DNA from: a virus
Taxonomy: Duplodnaviria > Caudoviricetes
Reading direction: 5' to 3' (one strand)
Length of the DNA: 64,000 bases
Virus record (IMG/VR): IMGVR_UViG_3300010359_000001
Coordinates: 2,345 to 66,344 of that record
This document shows positions 57,752-64,000 of this stretch, one piece after another. The notes below the pieces were generated by a model. It did not search any database, was not told the origin of the DNA, and was given only the letters and a program-made list of their open reading frames with translations. A program made the position numbers and the translations under genes. Every line of letters begins with the position of its first letter. Positions within the stretch are counted from its first letter, which is position 1.

Positions 57752-58621
57752 GTGGCGGCAGTGAAACCTCCAAGGGAGATAGTCAGGTGGTCGGGGCAGA
57801 AACGTGATGGCCGTCCTACACCTATTACAATCGTCGCCATCCACGAGAGTGTAGGAATCACGGATGCGTGGGATCTAGCTCTTTTTTGCGAGCGGAAAGG
57901 TGTTAGCTACCACGATCTGTGCGACCTCACACAGATCATTCATACTGTACGATTCAGCGATACGGCATGGCATTTGCGTAACGGTAATCCCGATGCAGTC
58001 GGCTTATGCTTGACAACTCCAGTTAATGGATATAGCCGTACTGAATGGTTAGGGTCACAAGTCAAAAAGGTGGAATATGCAGCATGGTGGGTAGCCCGTA
58101 CGTGCAAATCGCTAGGCATACCTATTCGGCACCTTGACCATAGGCAGATACGATCGGCTCTCACTGGGAACAAAGCCGATGCAGGTGTCTGCACGCACAA
58201 TGATTACACACTCGCCACTAATGATGGAACGCACACGGACCCGCGTAATTTCCCTACGGACGTGTGTATAGAATGGGCAAATGGAATTTTACAAGGTCAA
58301 CCGGAGGATGACATGGCTGCCGTACCTCAGAGCGAATGGAACCAGGTACGTGATCGAATCGCCACAATGTATGGCGATAGAGGCCCAAATGACCGGCAGA
58401 CCTCTCGACGCGTCGATAACGGGTTCGTTCGTGAGAGGGTTCCCATCGAGGTATGGGATTTCTTAATAGAAAACTACGTGGGTAATAATGTGGCAGCTCG
58501 ACAGATACTAGTTGCTATCGAGAAGAGGCTGAACGATCAGGGTCTGGCAATTCTAGAACTATTGAAGCGGACCGGTGGAGTACCTGAACAGTGGAAGACA
58601 ATTACCGGTAGCAGCGAATAA
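57752..58621 (+). CDS. Endolysin, N-acetylmuramoyl-L-alanine amidase (Amidase_2-like)
   Basis: IVAIHES, SYH, AWHLRNGN..AVGL and THND...THTDPRNFP zinc-ligand motifs. Confidence 0.82.
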   Translation: MAAVKPPREIVRWSGQKRDGRPTPITIVAIHESVGITDAWDLALFCERKGVSYHDLCDLTQIIHTVRFSDTAWHLRNGNPDAVGLCLTTPVNGYSRTEWLGSQVKKVEYAAWWVARTCKSLGIPIRHLDHRQIRSALTGNKADAGVCTHNDYTLATNDGTHTDPRNFPTDVCIEWANGILQGQPEDDMAAVPQSEWNQVRDRIATMYGDRGPNDRQTSRRVDNGFVRERVPIEVWDFLIENYVGNNVAARQILVAIEKRLNDQGLAILELLKRTGGVPEQWKTITGSSE

Positions 58622-58641
58622 TCGATCACAGAGATTTAACA

Positions 58642-59502
58642 ATGACTGCCGATTCCATAGCTAATGTCATTGCCGATCTACGCAACGGACAGGTTAGACA
58701 CGTTGTCGGAGATGAGAGGCTGAATAGTGTTGCGTTATCACGTGCCTCTACGTCAACTATTGTTGATTCGACTACCATATACCAATCATTGGTAGAGAAC
58801 AGCAAGCCGATATGGATCTATGAGGATCACCCCAACATTGCACCGTCATGGGAGTCGTGTGCTGTCTGCTATGTCAACGAACACGGAAACGTTGTCGTCA
58901 TGCAATCTAGCACAATGGAACATGACCATAGCAAGGCATGGGAAACGGAAAACGATATACGCTGGGCTGATGTACGCTGGATAATAGAGTCATTCCTATG
59001 GCTGGGCGGCAAGTCGGGAGACGGCGACTCGTTTCCGACTGCTGGTCCAGTACATTTGTGGAGATACGCCGTGTATGGCACTGGCGAGCCAGCTGACATG
59101 CACTGGTACCACATATATCCACAGTACCCGATGCAGAACTGGGACATGGCACATCTAGTTTTGCTAGGCTCAATGAATTTCCTGGCTTGTCGAAACATAC
59201 AGCTAATAGAACCTCACCGGCCCAGAGCACAGCAACGCAGACTATACCGGCAAGGCATTTCAATCAAGACTATCAGTGTTAAGCCAGTAGGCAAAACATA
59301 TAAGAATGGCAACGGCCGTCGAGGCGAACCAACTAATATGCCGCTCACCTCAGTGCGTGGACATTTCGCCAGCTACGGACCGGAGTACGGGCGCGGTCTA
59401 TTGTTCGGTAAACTAAGTGGTCGATTCTATATACCACAGCATGCCATAGGCTCTATAGTGAACGGACAGAGGACGAACGATTACGAGCTAATACCTGACT
59501 AG
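58642..59502 (+). CDS. Conserved hypothetical phage protein (C-terminal VRGH motif)
   Basis: SVRGHFASY...RFYIPQHAIG; its stop shares the CTAG palindrome with the convergent tail gene. Confidence 0.55.
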   Translation: MTADSIANVIADLRNGQVRHVVGDERLNSVALSRASTSTIVDSTTIYQSLVENSKPIWIYEDHPNIAPSWESCAVCYVNEHGNVVVMQSSTMEHDHSKAWETENDIRWADVRWIIESFLWLGGKSGDGDSFPTAGPVHLWRYAVYGTGEPADMHWYHIYPQYPMQNWDMAHLVLLGSMNFLACRNIQLIEPHRPRAQQRRLYRQGISIKTISVKPVGKTYKNGNGRRGEPTNMPLTSVRGHFASYGPEYGRGLLFGKLSGRFYIPQHAIGSIVNGQRTNDYELIPD

Positions 59503-60023
59503 TTTAGCTTCTCCAGCATCATCCACGAGCCTGCGAACAGGAACGACGCGTTAGTGGCGTTGGCCGTGTTCTGAGAATACTGGAATGTGCAGTTACCAGG
59601 CGTGCTCGATATCACGATCACAGCCTCCGGTTTCGAGGTCACTCGCGTACCAGCACCGATACCACTCAGATCATAACCAACCTGATCGGCCGATTGTCTG
59701 TGTACTGCCGCATTCTCGGTCGTGTCCGCCGCTGCACCTCCCCATCTACTGTGCTTAACGCACACTGCGCCAGTAGGCAAGAGGAATTGATATTTAAAGT
59801 CGGCCGTAGTGTTTGCATCCGTAACCAGGTACAGGCTCACTGAATAGATACCACTGGCTTCTACACTGAGAACCATGTCGGTACTCGACACGAACGTTGC
59901 AGAGTTGAGCACACTCACATCTGAAGTCTGGTAGGCCTTACGCTTTTTGTTGAATTCTGCATTCAGCAGGTCAGCCGTGAGTTTCTGCCCGGCCGTGAAC
60001 TGAGCTACGGACACTGTGACCAC
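59499..60023 (-). CDS. Minor tail protein
   Basis: FTAGQKLTADLLN N-terminus typical of actinophage minor tail proteins. Confidence 0.7.
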   Translation of the reverse strand: MVTVSVAQFTAGQKLTADLLNAEFNKKRKAYQTSDVSVLNSATFVSSTDMVLSVEASGIYSVSLYLVTDANTTADFKYQFLLPTGAVCVKHSRWGGAAADTTENAAVHRQSADQVGYDLSGIGAGTRVTSKPEAVIVISSTPGNCTFQYSQNTANATNASFLFAGSWMMLEKLN

Positions 60024-62786
60024 CTACGCTAGGACGAATGGGTAAGCTACGTGTACTTCGGCGCCTGCACTGTGTGCCTTCACGACTCCGTTTATTGATC
60101 GCGTTACACTACTGAACGTCTGCGGCGAGCTAGTACCGCTCACCGCTCCCACTCTCATGATTTCACCACCGATCCTAATGTCGAATGGGAGATCAGCAGC
60201 AGCTACAGTCCACAGTGCCCGTCCAGCAGCGATGGTTACGGTGAATGATGTTGCACTGCTTGTGATATTGTTAGTCAATGTAGTATAGTCACTATCAAGT
60301 CGTTTCGTTGTACTGTCTAACTCACCTACCTGGAATGGGGACTCTGGTATACAGTTAAATTTGACAGTGAAACGGTACTGATTCAGTTGTATTTCAGACC
60401 CGACGATAAGTTGGCTAATGGCATCAACTTGCTGCCCGCTCTTGGGATTTATGATAACTATCCGGTCGCCGATATCGAGATCCATTACCCGGCCTTGTAG
60501 GTTGGCACCGACTATGTTTCGGTTACCTAAGTCCAGGACAATGACTGGATAGCGCGCCTCATCGACAGTGCTAAGGCTGAGAATCCACCCAGCTAGGTCT
60601 GGCAATTGCACGTCGCTATAGACATTGACAGTTCGTGTCTCGTCATACCGGCCGACACCACCACTATCTGGCGGCAGTACGCTAAGTCGTCCCGTATCCA
60701 ACGTATCTCGCCAGCTACCGCCATTCTGACGACTAACAGTCACGTCATTCTTTAAATACTGGTCGTCATCGGTCGACGTGAACGGCTCAGAAATCTGACC
60801 CAAGCTGTAGTCAAGAGTGATAGCAGCCACTTGGTTATGTAGATTTGACCTAGGCCTGTATGTGATACCAGGTTCGCCACGACTCTCGAACAGTTCCCCC
60901 AAGTCGGCAGCCTGGCATTCATAGAGGAGCTTCAACAGTTCTATGTTGGTCTGCGGTCCCATTGGCTCGCTGTCACTCAACGTCCCTACATAACTAAAAG
61001 GTAGCCTTTCCTCGGTTGTGAGTCGGCTCAGCCGTGCGCCTGCTGCCTCTCCCTTCCATGCGTTGAGCTGGCTACTGAGATTAAGCAGGCTCTGGTTGGT
61101 CGTGTGGAATGAGAAGTGTCCCATATAAACACTGGAAGTCATCAACAGGTCGGGGTCCACTACAATTGCCGTAGCGATTCCTATCGTCTGGCTGCCCGCG
61201 ACGTTGGTAGTTCCCAGTTGGATTACAGCCCCAGCTCCAGGAGCCAAAGAAATAACATTGATTTTGACTAGTGTTGCCGTATTCTGCTGAAACTCTATGC
61301 CTATCTGGCTAGGAGTGCCATTGAGATTGGATGCTACGTTGGCACCGGTATGGATAGCTGTTAGATTGGTATCGTATACATTTATCGCTACGTTGCCACT
61401 CTGGTCAACGAAACATGAAATGTTACCAATGGTGCCGCCAGCGAAGTTGATTACGCACATTCGACGCTGGCCTAATCCTAGTCCACCTGACGGTATGCTA
61501 ACAAGGAACCTTACCTGACACGTATTAGAGCCAGCCGTGTAAGGTGGGATCTGAGCCCACCACGCGGAAAGATTTACTGCGGGCAGGGCATCAGAGCAGT
61601 CGAATGGAGTTGCATTTGCCAACGTTGGCGTCCCATTAGTAAGCCACATGGGAAAGCTACCTATAGCCGGTGCGAAATAGTAAGCGGCTAATTGTTTTTC
61701 CTCACACGGCCAGTAGACCAACGGCGTGTAGGTGAGGTCTCGAAGATAACCACGTTTGAAGGCACTTTGCAAGGCATCGCCCTTAGCCATGCGGCGTAAT
61801 ACCCCTCCAGCGGTTACCAGTGCTGTGACGAATTCGCCTGACGTGTCCCAACTGGCAGGCATATCGCTGATTTCATCTGCACACAGTGGAACACGGATTC
61901 TAACGTTATCAATGGAGAATACTATGGGCAAAGCATTGGTATTGGATGCAGCCACACCACTACGGATGCCAACAAATCCAGCCACGTTAATGTTCTCAGC
62001 GTGTGCAGTAATGTGCCAACCGTAAGGCTCATTAGCAGTAGACGCCCAAACCTTCCCCCTGATCGTGTGCCCCTCTACCTGTGCTCTAATTCTCAATGTC
62101 TGCGAGCTAGAGTGCACTAATCCACTTACTGTCACAGAAGCAGCTATGGTCGTGCCATCCGCTAGGAACACACCAATGGTGACAGCCTCGGCAGCAGTAA
62201 TCTCAATTCTTACTAGGTAGTAATTCGACGTACTTTGGCCACGAAGCATTATTCCACACGGATAGACACTAGCACCGGTGATGTCTGTGAATGACATTTT
62301 CACGTCAGCTCGTACATCGACAGTTCGCTGTACTACAGTGGCTAGGTAGTCATACCGGTACGAATTCGTTGCCGGAACGCTCTGTGTACCGACACCAGAT
62401 CCCACGTTGTGGTCACTAGCCTGGACACTGCCGCCACTACCTCCCGAGGTCCACGGAACCGAGTAATCATCGCTCCCCCAACCACCAGACACCGACCGGC
62501 CGAAAGCATCGCGTGAAACGGTTGTAGAGACCCGTATGGGAGTATTCTTACCTATACTGCCGTAGTATGCGCCAGTAGGCCATCGTGGCGAGTAGTTGCC
62601 GCTGCTATTGAGTAACGTCATGGTGCACGATCCGACCACTGGACTAGACGATTGGTCAGAACGTCCACGCTTGATTGTTATACCAGGATCAGCCAATACA
62701 TCGCCAGAGATATCAGTCCATGTTCCATTGACGAATATCTCTACCTCATGTTCCAGCTTTCCCGGTGGGTATAATAGTGACATCAA
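60024..62786 (-). CDS. Large minor tail protein (hub / receptor-binding)
   Basis: VEIFVNGTWTDIS...ITIKRGRSD...LLNSSGNYSP start, LamG-like middle, follows the tape measure gene. Confidence 0.8.
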   Translation of the reverse strand: MMSLLYPPGKLEHEVEIFVNGTWTDISGDVLADPGITIKRGRSDQSSSPVVGSCTMTLLNSSGNYSPRWPTGAYYGSIGKNTPIRVSTTVSRDAFGRSVSGGWGSDDYSVPWTSGGSGGSVQASDHNVGSGVGTQSVPATNSYRYDYLATVVQRTVDVRADVKMSFTDITGASVYPCGIMLRGQSTSNYYLVRIEITAAEAVTIGVFLADGTTIAASVTVSGLVHSSSQTLRIRAQVEGHTIRGKVWASTANEPYGWHITAHAENINVAGFVGIRSGVAASNTNALPIVFSIDNVRIRVPLCADEISDMPASWDTSGEFVTALVTAGGVLRRMAKGDALQSAFKRGYLRDLTYTPLVYWPCEEKQLAAYYFAPAIGSFPMWLTNGTPTLANATPFDCSDALPAVNLSAWWAQIPPYTAGSNTCQVRFLVSIPSGGLGLGQRRMCVINFAGGTIGNISCFVDQSGNVAINVYDTNLTAIHTGANVASNLNGTPSQIGIEFQQNTATLVKINVISLAPGAGAVIQLGTTNVAGSQTIGIATAIVVDPDLLMTSSVYMGHFSFHTTNQSLLNLSSQLNAWKGEAAGARLSRLTTEERLPFSYVGTLSDSEPMGPQTNIELLKLLYECQAADLGELFESRGEPGITYRPRSNLHNQVAAITLDYSLGQISEPFTSTDDDQYLKNDVTVSRQNGGSWRDTLDTGRLSVLPPDSGGVGRYDETRTVNVYSDVQLPDLAGWILSLSTVDEARYPVIVLDLGNRNIVGANLQGRVMDLDIGDRIVIINPKSGQQVDAISQLIVGSEIQLNQYRFTVKFNCIPESPFQVGELDSTTKRLDSDYTTLTNNITSSATSFTVTIAAGRALWTVAAADLPFDIRIGGEIMRVGAVSGTSSPQTFSSVTRSINGVVKAHSAGAEVHVAYPFVLA

Positions 62787-64000
62787 CTACCTGCCGAATA
62801 CCTGTTGCACGTCGCCCCCTTGAACCTTCACATATCTCCGTATTATTTCGGCTATGAAATCATCGACGGCACTACCACTAGTCTGTATCTTCAACGTGAT
62901 AGCAGAGTTAGTCATGATGGCCGCATTACGTATTGATTGGTTAGCACCCATTGAAATTGGCATATTTGCTGACAGGTTGTGCCCGCTGATTGCACCTAGC
63001 ATGGCGCCAGCCATAGTTCTCACCGCACGTATGGCCGTTGGAGTGTTTCGAGTAATACCTATTGCAGCTCCCGGGCCTACTTCCTCACCAAACTCGGTTG
63101 CAAAATCTTTGGATGGTGAACTAATACCTATAGCCCGCTTGGCAGCATCTAGTAGACTCCGTGCAAGGTTGGCCACCTGATCCATTAGCCAACTCCACCC
63201 GTTCTGGATTCCTCGCCATATACCCTCGATGATATCCCTACCAATACTGAGTAGAGGACTAGCAATATCGCCAACGGCTGACAGTATTCGTATAGTCAGA
63301 CCCTTGAACCAGTTTATCAGTTCTCCCGCCTTGTCGATTGCACCCCGTACCATATTGACAATGAACCCGATAACAATCACCGGCAAGGCTGCCAGTCCCC
63401 GGACAGCACTTAATATGTAGTCGACTGCTGACTTGATTATACTCTTGATTTTGTCCCAGTGGGCTATTACTTGTCCAATGAGTAGACCCAATGGACCCAG
63501 TACGATGACGAGTATCAGTTGCCAGTGTTCTCTAACGAAATCTATAACCCCCGTCACCACACCAACGATGAAATCTTTGATTGCCTGCCAGATGGCCTTG
63601 ATACCTTCCCATAGAGCACTGGCTTTCTCCTTCACCCAATCCCAATGCTTGATAAGCAGCACGACAATAGCTATCACTGCACCGATGATGAGGATGATGC
63701 CACCCGTAGCTGCAATCATGGCTATGTTGGCCGCAACCCACGCAGCGGCACTAGCTGCCGCCCCCGCTATTGATGCTGCTACGTAGGCACCTGCCGACAG
63801 TATCATCTTGCCAAAGCTGGCCGCCGCTTCGAAAGCCATCTTTTTAAAGCCGTCGGGCATGGCAACAGCTAACAGGGCGAACTGTGAGGCCGTTTCTAGG
63901 GCAGTGCCACCGAATGCTGCCAATGCCGTCCCAGTACCTCCAATGATACCGGGTGCATTCACAAAGCTAGTTAAGAACTGCTGCATAGTCCGCTGCATAG
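62787..64000 (-). CDS. Tape measure protein (C-terminal part, truncated by the window)
   Basis: Ala/Ile/Trp periodic helices (HWDWVKEKASALWEGIKAIW), IGISSPSK motif. Confidence 0.88.
   Translation of the reverse strand, partial: MQRTMQQFLTSFVNAPGIIGGTGTALAAFGGTALETASQFALLAVAMPDGFKKMAFEAAASFGKMILSAGAYVAASIAGAAASAAAWVAANIAMIAATGGIILIIGAVIAIVVLLIKHWDWVKEKASALWEGIKAIWQAIKDFIVGVVTGVIDFVREHWQLILVIVLGPLGLLIGQVIAHWDKIKSIIKSAVDYILSAVRGLAALPVIVIGFIVNMVRGAIDKAGELINWFKGLTIRILSAVGDIASPLLSIGRDIIEGIWRGIQNGWSWLMDQVANLARSLLDAAKRAIGISSPSKDFATEFGEEVGPGAAIGITRNTPTAIRAVRTMAGAMLGAISGHNLSANMPISMGANQSIRNAAIMTNSAITLKIQTSGSAVDDFIAEIIRRYVKVQGGDVQQVFGR

Noticed and set aside
1-64000. Integrase, serine recombinase or ParA/ParB maintenance genes
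   Set aside because: No ORF shows tyrosine (R-H-R-Y) or serine recombinase motifs or a deviant Walker A ParA. The absence is by-eye only and excludes the few kb outside the window.

Overview
A near-complete genome of a tailed (siphovirus-like) actinobacteriophage, opened inside the tail module. The window starts in the gene after the major tail gene and ends inside the tape-measure gene, so probably only a few kb are missing. Layout: (i) 1-12.7 kb, minus strand: small and large terminase (large one frameshifted), HK97-type portal, ClpP-type prohead protease, major capsid, a free-standing Rpf-type lytic transglycosylase, connectors and tail tube. (ii) 12.7-16.5 kb: control region with RHH, XRE and PadR regulators, a J-domain protein and an origin-like GATC/AT-rich tract. 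(iii) 16.5-35.4 kb, plus strand: replication and recombination genes (SNF2 helicase, WhiB, Cas4/RecB-like nuclease, AAA ATPase, SSB-like protein, primase-helicase, NDT, MazG, UDG-fused family A polymerase, RuvC-like resolvase). A perfect 69-bp inverted repeat brackets this block together with the XRE/PadR/origin part of (ii). (iv) 35.5-42.1 kb: a module resembling actinomycete plasmid/AICE transfer regions (XRE-DUF5753 regulator, membrane-anchored Gly/Arg/His-rich protein, a split FtsK/TraB-like ATPase, clt-like repeats, Spd-like membrane protein). (v) 42.3-56.4 kb: small early/accessory genes, tRNA-Lys, structured non-coding repeats, DUF932, SsgA-like and membrane proteins. (vi) 56.5-64 kb: holin, an amidase endolysin oriented against its neighbours, minor tail proteins and tape measure. 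I recognised no integrase, recombinase or ParA/B. SsgA, WhiB, Rpf, DUF5753 and TraB-like genes point to a filamentous, sporulating actinomycete host (inference). All family calls come from motif recognition by eye, not database searches.
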